A DNA stretch of 64,000 bases from Octopus vulgaris (taxonomy: Eukaryota), in assembly GCA_951406725.2 (NCBI GenBank), contig OX597830.1:26226001-26290000 (forward strand), written 5' to 3'. The notes below the pieces were generated by a model that did not search any database, was not told where the DNA came from, and was given only the letters and a program-made list of their open reading frames with translations. Below, in pieces: positions 47,682 through 62,342 of the stretch. Both the position numbers and the translations under genes were made by a program. The stretch's first letter is position 1; every line of letters starts with the position of its first letter.

Positions 47682-48064
47682 ATATATGTATATATGTATA
47701 TATGTATATATATATCCACATACATGCATACTTAGGATGTAACATAGCGGTTTAGCGAAATAACGATAGAATAAGTTCTAGGCTTGGGAAGAATAAGTCC
47801 TGGGGTCGATTTGTTCGATTAAAGGCGATGCTCCAGCACGGCCGCAGTCAAATGACTGAAGCAAGTAAAAGAATAAAAGAAATACTGCAGAGTATTTTTG
47901 TCTTTGTCAAATGGGAAATACGCATTGTATGCGATGAGGTAATAGCTTAAAAAACCCGATGATCGTTAGATACCGTCTACTGTTGTCACTTCTTCCTGAC
48001 GTAAGCGCCATTCACCAAAGTGAATGGAAAAGAAATACCTTCTTCAAGGTGATTTCAACCAACA

Positions 48065-48111
<47 letters not shown>

Positions 48112-48205
48112 ATCTTGCAAATAAAATATGTTTCATGCAACTAATATTTTTACCCTTGTATGTTGAAAAATATGCATCGTATACAATTGAGGTTATGGTT
48201 TAAAA

Positions 48206-48528
48206 CAGTGGTTCCGAAACTTTTTTGGGCTGCCGCCCCGTTGACACCCAGTCCGCATTCCTAGCAGCCCCACCCCAACTAACCATCACAAACATAGACC
48301 GCTTTCTGAAGCAAATTCAAAGCAACTGTATTTTATAAATAAAACTTCACCTAATAAACCTTTTATGTTGTTTTTACATGAACTGCTAACCCCATTATCG
48401 CCCCAATTTTTACATGAATCGCTACCTCATCATCGCCCCACTTTTCTTCGACGCCCCATTGGAACTTTCCACCTCCTCCCTCGGTGGGGTGGGGGTGGGG
48501 GTAATACTGCCCACTTTGAGAATCACTG
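48206..48528. mobile_element. hAT (Charlie-like) MITE
   Basis: Termini CAGTGGTTCCGAAAC / CTTTGAGAATCACTG with a perfect 8-bp target-site duplication GTTTAAAA (48198-48205, 48529-48536). Confidence 0.88.
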
Positions 48529-48754
48529 GTTTAAAATATAGTTTGTCGATATTTTATACACGTTTTACTTTTCTTTCGTAAATAGGTTACTTGCTTGTCT
48601 ATAAAAACTGGTTGATTTATATTGTGCTGAAATATCTAACACTCGATATAATTGCAATTCAATATGTGCACATTATTTGTGGAATGTATAACATTCCTAT
48701 GTTTGATATACATTTAGTGTGCAGACTGAGACTACCTCAAGGTGGTTATTTAAC

Positions 48755-51700
48755 CTGCTAGAAGTAACAGCCAATATCTCTCTCAAATTCTACCTTGGTG
48801 TTTTATAGGGAAAACCTATTTGACAAAGTAGTGACTCATTTATTGTGTCTTATGTTCTAGATGTAGCGGCTGGAGTCTCTCTCAAATCCTACCTTAGGGT
48901 TTTATAGAGGAAAACCTATTTGACAAAGTAGTGTCTCATTTGTTGTGTCTTATGTTCTCCTAGATGTAGCGGCCGAAATATCTCTCAAAACCTACCTTCC
49001 GGTTTTATAGAGAAAACCTATTTGACAAAGTAGTAAAGTAGTGCCTCATTTGTGTCTTATGTTCTCCTAGATGTAGCGGCCGAAATATCTCTCAAATCCT
49101 ACCTTCCGGTTTTATAGGGGAAAACCTATTTGACAAAGTAGTAAAGTAGTGCCTCATTTGTGTCTTATGTTCTCCTAGATGTAGCGGCCGAAATATCTCT
49201 CAAATCCTACCTTCCGGTTTTATAGGGGAAAACCTATTTGACAAAGTAGTAAAGTAGTGCCTCATTTGTGTCTTATGTTCTCCTAGATGTAGCGGCCGAA
49301 ATATCTCTCAAATCCTACATTCGGGTTTTATAGGGGAAAACCTATTTGACAAAGTAGTGCCTCATTTGTGTCTTATGTTCTCCTAGATGTAGCGGCCGAA
49401 ATATCTCTCAAATCCTACATTCGGGTTTTATAGGGGAAAACCTATTTGACAAAGTAGTGCCTCATTTGTGTCTTATGTTCTCCTAGATGTAGCGGCCGAA
49501 ATATCTCTCAAATCCTACCTTCCGGTTTTATAGGGGAAAACCTATTTGACAAAGTAGTAAAGTAGTGCCTCATTTGTGTCTTATGTTCTCCTAGATGTAG
49601 CGGCCGAAATATCTCTCAAATCCTACCTTCCGGTTTTATAGGGGAAAACCTATTTGACAAAGTAGTAAAGTAGTGCCTCATTTGTGTCTTATGTTCTCCT
49701 AGATGTAGCGGCCGAAATATCTCTCAAATCCTACGTTCGGGTTTTATAGGGGAAAACCTATTTGACAAAGTAGTAAAGTAGTGCCTCATTTGTGTCTTTT
49801 GTTCTCCTAGATGTAGCGGCCGAAATATCTCTCAAATCCTACGTTCGGGTTTTATAGGGGAAAACCTATTTGACAAAGTAGTAAAGTAGTGCTTCATTTG
49901 TGTCTTATGTTCTCCTAGATGTAGCGGCCGAAATATCTCTCAAATCCTACGTTCGGGTTTTATAGGGGAAAACCTATTTGACAAAGTAGTAAAGTAGTGC
50001 CTCATTTGTGTCTTATGTTCTCCTAGATGTAGCGGCCGAAATATCTCTCAAATCCTACATTCGGGTTTTATAGGGGAAAACCTATTTGACAAAGTAGTGC
50101 CTCATTTGTGTCTTATGTTCTCCTAGATGTAGCGGCCGAAATATCTCTCAAATCCTACATTCGGGTTTTATAGGGGAAAACCTATTTGACAAAGTAGTAA
50201 AGTAGTGCCTCAATTGTGTCTTATGTTCTCCTAGATGTAGCGGCTGAAATCTCTCTCAAATCCTACATTCGGGTTTTATAGGGGAAAACCTATTTGACAA
50301 AGTAGTAAAGTAGTGCCTCATTTGTGACTTATGTAGATGTGGGGAAAACCTATTTGACAAACTAGTAGAATAGTGCCCCATTTGTGTCTTATGTTCACCT
50401 AGATGTAGCGGCCGAAATATCTCTCAAATCCTACGTTCGGGTTTTATAGGGGAAAACCTATTTGACAAAGTAGTAAAGTAGTGCCTCATTTGTGTCTTTT
50501 GTTCTCCTAGATGTAGCGGCCGAAATATCTCTCAAATCCTACGTTCGGGTTTTATAGGGGAAAACCTATTTGACAAAGTAGTGCCTCATTTGTGTCTTAT
50601 GTTCTCCTAGATGTAGCGGCCGAAATATCTCTCAAATCCTACGTTCGGGTTTTATAGGGGAAAACCTATTTGACAAAGTAGTAAAGTAGTGCCTCATTTG
50701 TGTCTTATGTTCTCCTAGATGTAGCGGCCGAAATATCTCTCAAATCCTACCTTTGGGTTTTATAGGGAAAAACCTATTTGACAAAGTAGTAAAGTAGTGC
50801 CTCATTTGTGTCTTTTGTTCTCCTAGATGTAGCGGCCGAAATATCTCTCAAATCCTACGTTCGGGTTTTATAGGGGAAAACCTATTTGACAAAGTAGTAA
50901 AGTAGTGCCTCATTTGTGTCTTATGTTCTCCTAGATGTAGCGGCCGAAATATCTCTCAAATCCTACGTTCGGGTTTTATAGGGGAAAACCTATTTGACAA
51001 AGTAGTGCCTCATTTGTGTCTTATGTTCACCTAGATGTAGCGGCCGAAATATCTCTCAAATCCTACGTTCGGGTTTTATAGGGAAAAACCTATTTGACAA
51101 AGTAGTAAAGTAGTGCCTCATTTGTGTCTTATGTTCTCCTAGATGTAGCGGCCGAAATATCTCTCAAACCTACCTTCCGGTTTTATAGGGGAAAACCTAT
51201 TTGACAAAGTAGTAAAGTAGTGCCTCATTTGTGTCTTATGTTCTCCTAGATGTAGCGGCCGAAATATCTCTCAAATCCTACGTTCGGGTTTTATAGGGGA
51301 AAACCTATTTGACAAAGTAGTAAAGTAGTGCCTCATTTGTGTCTTATGTTCTCCTAGATGTAGCGGCCGAAATATCTCTCAAACCTACCTTCCGGTTTTA
51401 TAGGGGAAAACCTATTTGACAAAGTAGTAAAGTAGTGCCTCATTTGTGTCTTATGTTCTCCTAGATGTAGCGGCCGAAATATCTCTCAAACCTACCTTCC
51501 GGTTTTATAGGGGAAAACCTATTTGACAAAGTAGTAAAGTAGTGCCTCATTTGTGTCTTTTGTTCTCCTAGATGTAGCGGCCGAAATATCTCTCAAATCC
51601 TACGTTCGGGTTTTATAGGGGAAAACCTATTTGACAAAGTAGTGCCTCATTTGTGTCTTATGTTCTCCTAGATGTAGCGGCCGAAATATCTCTCAAATCC

Positions 51701-52541
51701 TACGTTCGGGTTTTATAGGGGAAAACCTATTTGACAAAGTAGTGCCTCATTTGTGTCTTATGTTCACCTAGATGTAGCGGCCGAAATATCTCTCAAATCC
51801 TACGTTCGGGTTTTATAGGGAAAAACCTATTTGACAAAGTAGTAAAGTAGTGCCTCATTTGTGTCTTATGTTCTCCTAGATGTAGCGGCCGAAATATCTC
51901 TCAAACCTACCTTCCGGTTTTATAGGGGAAAACCTATTTGACAAAGTAGTAAAGTAGTGCCTCATTTGTGTCTTATGTTCTCCTAGATGTAGCGGCCGAA
52001 ATATCTCTCAAATCATACGTTCGGGTTTTATAGGGAAAAACCTATTTGACAAAGTAGTAAAGTAGTGCCTCATTTGTGTCTTATGTTCTCCTAGATGTAG
52101 CGGCCGAAATATCTCTCAAACCTACCTTCCGGTTTTATAGGGGAAAACCTATTTGACAAAGTAGTAAAGTAGTGCCTCATTTGTGTCTTATGTTCTCCTA
52201 GATGTAGCGGCCGAAATATCTCTCAAATCCTACGTTCGGGTTTTATAGGGAAAAACCTATTTGACAAAGTAGTAAAGTAGTGCCTCATTTGTGTCTTATG
52301 TTCTCCTAGATGTAGCGGCCGAAATATCTCTCAAATCCTACATTCGGGTTTTATAGGGGAAAACCTATTTGACAAAGTAGTGCCTCATTTGTGTCTTATG
52401 TTCTCCTAGATGTAGCGGCTGAAATCTCTCTCAAATCCTACCTTCGGGTTTTATAGGGGAAAAACACATTTGACAAAGTAGTGCCTCATTTGTTGTGTCT
52501 TATGTTCTCCTAGATGTAGCGGCCGAAATATCTCTCAAATC
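48755..52541. repeat. 108/100-bp tandem satellite array 2 (~36 monomers)
   Basis: Same monomer as array 1; frequent 8-bp-shorter variant (loss of GTAAAGTA); same right-hand junction into CACACTGTCGAC. Confidence 0.97.
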
Positions 52542-52956
52542 ACACTGTCGACTTGAAAATGAAAGACGTATTGGATAAGGTAGTCGCACATATACTATGA
52601 CTCAAAAAATGAAACAATACAGGATAGTAACAGCTAAAGGAGATTTCGTCGTAGGCATATTCAATGAGAGTAGACGTGGGGATCAACAACAAAACAATGA
52701 TCACCAGCACCACCACCATCATCATCACAACAACGACAACAACAACAGCAACAACAACAACAAAAGCAGTTATTAATAGTTCAGGTCACTTAACTGTATT
52801 CAGGAGTATAATTTATGTAGACCTTACAAAATTAAGCTGCCGGAAAATGGCAGCAGTGCGAAAGTGTATTAACAATAGAAGAGAAAAAATATCCATCGGG
52901 ATTTGACGAGCAAACACTAACATTCATTAAACAAAGCGAAGTAAAAGCATAAATCA

Positions 52957-53040
52957 ACTCACTTATATTTTCAATCTTGATACTCTTGTTCGTACTGTCG
53001 TTTGTAAGTAACGTTTTTCTCCAATGGCTTCCTTTATATA
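52957..53040 (-). promoter_or_regulatory. Candidate TATA promoter, initiator and non-coding exon 1 of laccase B
   Basis: TATATAAAGG (53040 downward), initiator at ~53009, donor AA|GTGAGT at 52963/52962; same geometry as copy A. Confidence 0.5.
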
Positions 53041-54400
53041 CATGCATACATACCTACCTACATACATACCTACATACATACATACATACATACATACATA
53101 CATACATACATACATACATACATACATACATACATACATACATACATACATTCATATACATATGCATATACATGTATGTATATATTCGTTTTAAAGATAA
53201 AATTTGGTGAATTGTTGGCGGAGATATATAGAATTGTATGTTATTTTCATTGGACGATTTCCTCTTAAGCTCCTTATGTTCCTAAGTATGCACATGTAAG
53301 TGCATACATTCATATATGCATATATATATATGAATGGTTGTGTGATAAGAAGTTTGCTTTCCAACCACATGGTATCAGGTTGAGGCACACCGCGTGGTAC
53401 CTTAGGCAAGTATCTTCTATACAGTCTCGAGCTGACCAAGGCCTTGTGTGTGGATTAGAACGATATTACTGTTGTTTTTAGCCCCAAGAACACATCTCCT
53501 CTAGCTGACTAAAGACATGCTGACAGTGTCTGATTAGTATTTACGAGGGGAGGTTATCGCTCCCGTCTCTAGCTTTTTGTGATACTCACAAACCCGATTT
53601 TCTGGATAGTTGCCCATCTTCAGTGTGTGATGATCATCAGGCTAGTGATTAAAACTCATTTCCCTTGCAAAATACTATATGCTTTTTCCAGTCACAAACT
53701 CTCTCTGATATGCATACATATTAGTCAGTGTAATAAGGTAACGTCATCCCATGTTATTGTAATGCAACATTATTACAAAGACCTTAGAGAACCTTTAGCA
53801 AATTAGAAGTTAGAAGTACACCAAGAGCAGATGAAAGAAGTTAAATCTGCTCAGTAGGGACGGACTTTACGCATTTTATCTTACACACACACACAGACTC
53901 ACACACAGACACACGCATACACACACATTTCCAAGTAAGTTTTATCGTAATAATTACGATAATTTTTCTATCGTCTCGGCTTAACAGCACTCAACGTTTG
54001 CTTTTACTGACTTGCTCTCACTGTCCTGTTCTTCTTACCACTTTCACCCTCCGCAAAAAATCCCAAATTTTATTTAATTTGCTTTGCGGGAAGGACTGTT
54101 TCAACGAAGTCGCGTCTTGTCCTTACCTTCGATCGCGGAGTAGATGAAAGAGGGACAACTGATGAAGGGGATTATTTTTTATGTTGTATGCCTCGTTTTT
54201 CTGGGGTTATTTTTTCGTTGTTTGAAACAAAAGTTCGTTTTTAATGTCTTTGATTTTATGTTCTCGTTTCTCATTGTGTTCAACGTTTTTGATGTCCTGT
54301 ACCCAGATATGCATGTATATATACATATATATGTATGTACCTATATGTATGTATGCATGCATATATTTATATTATAGTATATTATATATTATATATATAT

Positions 54401-54977
54401 ATTGGGTTGGTGCATAACTATTGCGGATTTTTTCAACAAATTTTATTGAGCAAAAACAATAACAATATTTAACAAAAACGCTGGGGACGAAGGGAAAATG
54501 TTCGTGCGGCTCTTGGCAACACCATTGTGTTTGTTGTGCATGCGTCTGCCCCTGCGAGTACCTGGCTGCTACGCTAAGTCTTGGCTTGTATCAGTTGTAT
54601 CTGTTGGAGCTACCGATTGATGCTACTGCCATGTGTAAAATCGCGCAGTTATTCGATTTTTTAACGCAAAAGTCATTTAACCGTAAGTGTATGGTGAGTC
54701 GTGCATGGATGTCAAAAACGTCCGCCAGTGGTATAGGGAATTTGCAGCTTGTCGTACTCAAATACATGATGAAGAAAGACGCAGGCGACCATTAATTTCC
54801 GACGAGGCAGTTGCGATGTTTGGGCAATTCCTGCGTGAAAATCGGCGAATCACTCTGGATTATGTAGAAAAATAGATAAATGGTTCAAACTTTAAAATAA
54901 TGTAAACATCATTGACAATAAATATTTCTGTGATTTCTAAATATTTTTGGAGACCTTACTGTTGGGGTTACCCTCGT
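54401..54977 (+). mobile_element. Mariner relics (TIR fragment plus internally deleted transposase N-terminus)
   Basis: TATTGGGTTGGTGCATAACTATTGCGG resembles the Hsmar1-type TIR; YGESCMDVKNVRQWYREF...DEERRRRP...LRENRRIT helix-turn-helix region; ends ...TTACCCTCGTA. Confidence 0.75.
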
Positions 54978-55597
54978 ATGTATGTATGTATGTATGTATG
55001 TATGTATGTATGTATGTATGTATGTATGTATGTATGTATGTATGTATGTATGTATGTACGTATGTATCTCTGTACGTATGTATGTATGTATGTATTTATG
55101 TATTATGCATGTATGTATATGTATATATATATAAATTACCTTGAGATGTATAATATATTTGTTTTAACCTTTTCTGCCCATTATTTCAATGAGCTTGTTA
55201 AACTTTTTTATATTCTCAACATACTGTTGTCACCAAAGAATGTATATTTATATGGATTATAGTACTCTGTGTCAACCAATATTCTGTGCATGTTTCAATA
55301 TACAGATACAGTACCAATATCAATTCCTTCTGGGAACTATCTTAAGTATGTCCTTGAGAACGATTATTTATGTAATCTTTTTTGCCCAATATTTTAAGGA
55401 ACTTGTTGAACTTTTTTATGTCCTTAACATGTCCCTGTTACCAAAGACTGTATATATATATGTAATGTAGCAATTTGAAACAACCAATAATGAACGCAAC
55501 CAAACTTCCACATGTTACTTTTGACAATCTTTTTCCAAAGAGTGAAACCGGTAAAGTAAATAAACATCTTTTAAATTGCATTTTCAAACCTTCTTTC

Positions 55598-55672
<75 letters not shown>

Positions 55673-55689
55673 TGTATATACATATATAC

Positions 55690-55903
55690 ATACTTCTTTT
55701 TACTCTTTTACTTATTTCAGTCATTTGACTGCGGTCATGCTGGAGCACCGCCTTTAGTCGAACAAATCGACCCCGGGACTTATTCTTTGTAAGCCCAGTA
55801 CTTATTCTATCGGTCTTTTTTGCCGCACCGCTAAGTATCGGGGACGTAAACACACCAGCATCTGTTGTCAAGCAATGCTAGGGGGACAAACACAGACACA
55901 CAA

Positions 55904-55971
<68 letters not shown>

Positions 55972-56298
55972 GAGAGGCTACTTTCAGTTTCCGTCTACCA
56001 AATCCACTCACAAGGCATTGGTCGGCCCGAAGCTATAGCAGAAGACACTTGCCCAAGATGCCCCGCAGAGGGACTGAACCCAGAACCATGTGGTTGGTTA
56101 GCAAGCTACTTACCACACAGCCACTGCCGCGCCTTTAAGGATTTCACCCCATTAATTTGGATGTTTACTTGCATTTGTAGTAACTCTAGTTGCTAACCGT
56201 GAGCCATTAAGACACTATATATATATATACACATATATAATATATACATATATGTATGTATATATACATATATATCTTATATATATATATATATATAC

Positions 56299-56333
<35 letters not shown>

Positions 56334-56740
56334 TGTGTATACTCTTTTACTCTTTTACTTGTTTCAGTCATTTGACTGCGGCCATGCTGGAGCACCGCCT
56401 TTAGTCGAGCAAATCGACCGCGGGACTTATTCTTTGTAAGCCTAGTACTTATTCTATCGGTCTCTTTTGCCGAACTGCTAAGTGACGGGGACGTAAACAC
56501 ACCAGCATCGGTTGTCAAGCAATGCTAGGGGGACAAACACAGACACACAAACACACATATATATATACATATATACGACAGGCTTCTTTCAGTGTCCGTC
56601 TACCAAATCCACTCACAAGGCATTGGTCGGCCCGGGGCTATAGCAGAAGACACTTGCCCAAGATGCCACGCAGTGGGACTGAACCCGGAACCATGTGGTT
56701 GGTTAGCAAGCTACTTACCACACAGCCACTGCTGCGCCTA
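55690..56740 (-). mobile_element. Two tandem copies of a SINE with an internal microsatellite (55690-56135, 56340-56740)
   Basis: Near-identical bipartite units with tRNA-like head GTGGCTGTGTGGTAAGTAGCTTGCT...GGGTTCAGTCCC on the minus strand. Confidence 0.85.
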
Positions 56741-56784
56741 TATATATGTATCTTATATTAAATTAGAGACAAAACCACTATTAG

Positions 56785-56862
<78 letters not shown>

Positions 56863-56899
56863 GTGTATGTATGTATGTATGTATGTATGTATGTATGTA

Positions 56900-57093
56900 T
56901 GTGACCGCGTGTGTACCTTTGGCGATTTTTCCCTCCGTCTTCCTTTCTTTGGATCTTTCCTTTTCCTGTGTTTCTGACGAAGAGCTCCGTTAGACCCTCC
57001 TTCTTTTCCTTTTTTCCTGAGCGTCCAATAATACTATACTTGTTCCACGTTCTCGCGTTGTTGTCTTTTCTCTTTGTGTTTTCATATTTGGAT

Positions 57094-57097
<4 letters not shown>
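56900..57097 (+). mobile_element. Penelope-like relic; hammerhead half-deleted
   Basis: GTTT-CTGACGA-A-GAGCTCCG then TTAGAC (CTCGAAACG missing relative to the 21781 copy). Confidence 0.5.
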
Positions 57098-57130
<33 letters not shown>

Positions 57131-58689
57131 ATATATTAATAAATAAAATATATGCATATATGTACTCCCTACCTCTACATTAATATATATACACGCATAT
57201 ATGAGTACAGGACACCAAAAAAACGTCGAACATAATGAGAAACGAAAACATAGACACAAACCCAAGGAACTGGACATTTTACTTAAACAACAAAAAAATA
57301 GAGTACAGGACAAATAACACAAGGAAATAACTCCTTCAGTCGCCATGGTTTCATCTACTCTGCGTTTCGAAAGTGAAGGCGAGACGCATCTTTGATAGAA
57401 ACTTTCCTTCCTGCGGAAAGCAAATCAAATAAAATTTGAGATCTTTTTGCAGAGGGGTAAAAATGGTAACAAAAACAGGACAGTAACGACAGTACAAAAT
57501 ATAAGCAGTAAAAGTACATATATACATATATATATATCGGTATTTCGCTATGCAGGTGTAAGATCCAAGGATCCAAGTGTAGCTAGTTTGTTAGTTTCTT
57601 GCAGTTTGGCAGGTATAGAGAACAATTACTGGATAATGTACGTTAGAGAACAATGGCGATTTATTGGCATCGAAAGATACACAGTTTTTCACATATCGAA
57701 ATTACGAAGGAATTCGAGAAGCTGATAGTGTCTTAATGGCTCACGGTTAGCAACTAGAGTTACTACAAATGCACGTAAACATCCAAATTAATGGGGTGAA
57801 ATGCTTAAAATGTAGCTTACTCAAGTTTCTTAGCAAGTCGACCCTCTGACATAATAGTTACTCAACACTGCAGCAAGTGAATTTGGAAATTCCGAGCAAT
57901 AATATAGCAGCTATTAATTAAGGTGGAAATTCCAAACGACAATCTAAGCTTCATTTAGGTAAGCCAATATCGGCCTGATAATAAGATAATTTGAGAAACT
58001 ATTATGCACATCAGAGGATCAGGTAACTAAGAACTTGTGTAGCTGAACTTGTCGTGTAGTAGTTAGCGTGCTGTTAACGCAAATACGATTGTGTTTTCTT
58101 CTCTCCTTCTCTTCTTCTTCTTCTGAACCTCGAAGACATGTCTAGGCCTATAAATAAACAAACAATAACATTTAAGTGAGACTTGATCCATTTGAAGTAA
58201 TATCCATCACTTGAGACAATCTTGGTACGAAGTCAAGGAATGAAAATTCGGCCACAGTATGGCCTATTTACCTTGAGATGAGACCATCAGTGAACAAAGG
58301 AAAAGAAAGAGAAATGTAGAAAGAGAGAGAGAGAAAAATGGGGAGAAAATCTATATTTGCTGTGCTCTAATTGCGCGGTCACTGTATATCTGGTGTATAA
58401 AAGTTTTATGCGTCATAAATTTACCTATTTCGAATGGAAAATACAACATATATATAGAGAGAATTTAAAGAATGTCCCTTTAAATTCTTTTCCTTAGTCA
58501 AAGGTGGTTTTCTATGGTAAATTTCCTTCATGTTTGTTGAATATATCATTCTGAAATGAATGAAACTGGTTGAACTATATTCTTCTCAATAACACACCAG
58601 ACGGTAGATATAAATGTTAAGGCGGTGGTGGAGGTGAAAAACACTCGGACATACATACATATATACATACTTACATAAATACATACATA

Positions 58690-58774
<85 letters not shown>

Positions 58775-59019
58775 TTATATTTATAAATAAGAATAAGATC
58801 GATATTTAAATATCGATCTTATCAAGTGGCCAGCATGGGAATAAAAACCTTACAAAGGTAATAGTTATTTAAAATTATAGATTAGGATATCTGAGAGATA
58901 CCACCACGCTGAAATAGCAGACAAAACCTGACCCTAAAGCCACATTAAATGTTCATATAGCACTAGGAGAGTAGACAGAGACAAAATAAACTAGCAAAAA
59001 GATTTTACTGGATAATTCT

Positions 59020-59690
59020 TTCGTTATACCAGTGTCTCACTTCCTGCGTTATACCGATGTCTCCCTCTCCTACGTTATACCAGTGTCGTACTCTGTTATA
59101 CCAGTGTTTTACTCTCCTTCGTTATACCAATGTCTTACTCCCCTACGCTGCACCAGTATCTTATTCTCCTTCTTTATACCAATATCTTACTCTCCTGCGT
59201 TATACCAATGTTTTACAATCCTACCTTATACCAGTGCCTTACCTTCTACCTAACACCAATCTCTTACTCTCCTGCTTTATACCAATGTCTTACTATCCTA
59301 CCTTATACCAGTGCCTTACCTTCTACCTAACACCAATCTCTTACTCTCCTGCATTATACCAATGTCTTACTATCCTACCTTATACCAGTGCCTTACCTTC
59401 TACCTAACACCAATCTCTTACTCTCCTGCATTATACCAAAATCTTACTATCCTACCTTATACCAGTGCCTTACCTTCTACCTAACACCAATCTCTTACTA
59501 TCCTACCTTATACCACTGGTTTACTCTCCTACCTCATTCCAGTGTCTTACTCTCCTTCGTTATACCAGTGTCTTATTCTCCTACTATATACCAGTGTCTT
59601 ACTCACCTTATACTAGTATTTCACTCCCCTACGTTATATCAGTGCCTCACTCATCTACCTTAAACCACTGTTTTACATTATCCGGTATCA
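59020..59690. repeat. ~26-bp minisatellite with a 77-bp trimeric higher-order repeat
   Basis: Unit ~TTATACCAGTGTCTTACTCTCCTACG; CTACCTTATACCAGTGCC recurs at 59221, 59298, 59375, 59452. Confidence 0.9.
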
Positions 59691-59869
59691 TACTCTTCTA
59701 CGTTATATCCATATCCATATATCCATATAGGCGCAGGATTTTATATTAAGAATAGTCCTCCGTTTCAATGATATTGAAGTCTACTTCTTTTGTTGCGACA
59801 CGTACGGCTTGTTGCATTATATAAACCTAAAACACTCTATAAACACGCGCACACACACACACACACACA

Positions 59870-59920
<51 letters not shown>

Positions 59921-62040
59921 AATTCATGGAATTTTTTAGAAATTTCGGTCGGCCTTTTTTCGAGTAGCGTGCGCTTTGTGAAGAAATTATATGGTTAATG
60001 GACAATATGTACAATTTTTCGGCATATTTGGCATTTCCTTTGCCCTCATTTATGAATTGTTTATAAATTTAACCTTTAAAGGTATTTTTTAATATGCTGG
60101 CCATTGATAAAATTTTTTTCGAAAAGAATATTTTTTTCGAAAGAAATTTTATCCTCATTAGATATATATATATATATATTATATATATATATTCGTGTGT
60201 GTGCGTGTATGTTTGTGTGTATGTGTGGTGGGGAAGAAACGGACTTTTAATCATTTCCGTCTACCAAAGTATCGGACAACACAAGTTAGTTGCCCCAAGT
60301 GTCGTGCAGTGGTAGTTTACCACTCTAAACCTTGAGGTCGCAAAATCGAAACTGTTAACCACTCAGATTTACCTACGTTAGTAAGAAAAATTATCTAAGC
60401 TCTTGTCGCAAATTCCTTAGACAATTATTATCTTTTTTATCAAATTGGTGAACCAGATTTGCATAGTCATGATATCTGTATACTGTATACTATTGCATAG
60501 TAACTGATATCGCTAGAGGAAATGGCTTTATTATGTAAATATATTCATCTTTTTTTAATCTCTTATTTTTTTCTTCGTATTTGTAAATACTCACATTTAC
60601 TAAGACTAGGCAACATTATTTTAGGTTACTGCTTGTATTCTGATTCGTCATTGTACATAGCGAATAATAGTTTCCTAGTTGCATATTTTATATCGCTTCT
60701 AAACTGCCTGTATGTGCTAACTTTACAGAGCAATGGTCATAACATGTTTCTGTCAAAATATGTTGAAATCCTGTTGAGTTTCAAGGAAGTTTATTCATTG
60801 AGATATAAGATTCGGAATTGAATTAAAAGATTTTTACTTAATCTGAGACAACGAAATATAAAGCAGATATAACTAGGTATCCCCTTACTGTGGTTATGGA
60901 ATACTCCCAACCATGATTCACCCGCTGGTTTGCCTGTTAGTGATTTTACCTTATTGTTTAAACATTTTGGAAACTAAAACAGAGAATGCAAATTGTTGCG
61001 TGGTAAATTGGGTTTTGATGCTTACATTAAATAAATTCAAACACAAAAAATTAAAGACATAAATTTGGGCAAAGTAGTCGATCGATTAAATTAACTCTAC
61101 TATCTTATTGTATGGATCCCTGAAGCGTCAGTAGAATATAAACATAGAACGTAAGGAATTTGAATAAAACTGCAATGCATTTTCCCGACGCTCTAATGAT
61201 TTTGCCAGGCCACCGCCCTTGTTGTTTCTAATTTAAACAAAAGTCAGCAGTTTTAAGAGGAAAGGTTTTCTCTCTACTATCGACTCCGGGAGTCAAAGTT
61301 AACGTCGGTGAAATTTGAGTTCAGAACGTAGAGAGCCGCAATTAAATATCACAAGGCATTTTCTCCATGGTTCTAAATCATACACAAAGCATGAAATTTG
61401 GGCGAGGAGTGTTACTCCTTTATATCGAAACCAGTTTTTTTTACTGATACTTTATTTTATCGAGCCTATAGCAATGGAATGCGAATTTCATCTTGGCTGG
61501 ATTTGAACTTAAAATTTTAAAAGACGGAACAAATACCGCCGACTGTTTTACTGAAACGCACTAACGATTTTGTGAAATGGTCGTGTAGAATGTTTTTTCC
61601 CTTTTCTTCGATTTTTCCTGTTTGGTGTTATTCTTTTTATTAGACGTCTGGCTTCCTTTTATTTCTGCCAACTTCAGCACCGGAAACTTAAGAATGCATT
61701 CGCTACGGTCAGATCGATAATTGCACATAGACAAAGAAAGTGAAAACAACAATTCTTTTATTTGCTGCACTGTGACGTCTAGGTTAGCAATATTATACAG
61801 GTAAAGATGGAAAAAGCGAGTCACGTTCGATTGCCGGTAGTAACAGAGAGAATGAGTACTTACTGTATTTCTGAATCACAGCCTGCTTTGGTCCAGTTTT
61901 GTTTTACGAAAGAAAACTCATCGGTAGTCGAAGGTAATATTTGAATGACGAAAACTTGATCCAGCTTTGGAGTTGATTTAACTGGACCACTGACATTTGG
62001 AATAGGCAAGAAAAAGATGACATGCATATTCATTATTTAA

Positions 62041-62342
62041 CCGTTTCGGCAGATTCGGACATCAATATTTTGTTATATTTTGTCACAGGAGAACAACTTT
62101 TTGACGAATGTTCATTTATAACACTCAATTCATTAAGGCAACGGATTTTGGAATGGCTGAAGCTATAAACAAAGCATCGGCTCTTTATAAATTTATTAGT
62201 TCAGGGTGTTCAGAATCCCTTGTGCTAATGAATCGAGTATGTTATGAACACACATTCATTGTGAAGAATCTATTCTCCTGTGACCAAAAAAAGAGAAAAA
62301 AAAACAGTGATTAGTATATTCAGGTTCGAATCTGCCGAAACG
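62041..62342. mobile_element. Possible piggyBac-type MITE
   Basis: Inverted termini CGTTTCGGCAGATTCGGAC / GTTCGAATCTGCCGAAACG; TTAA on the left only. Confidence 0.5.
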
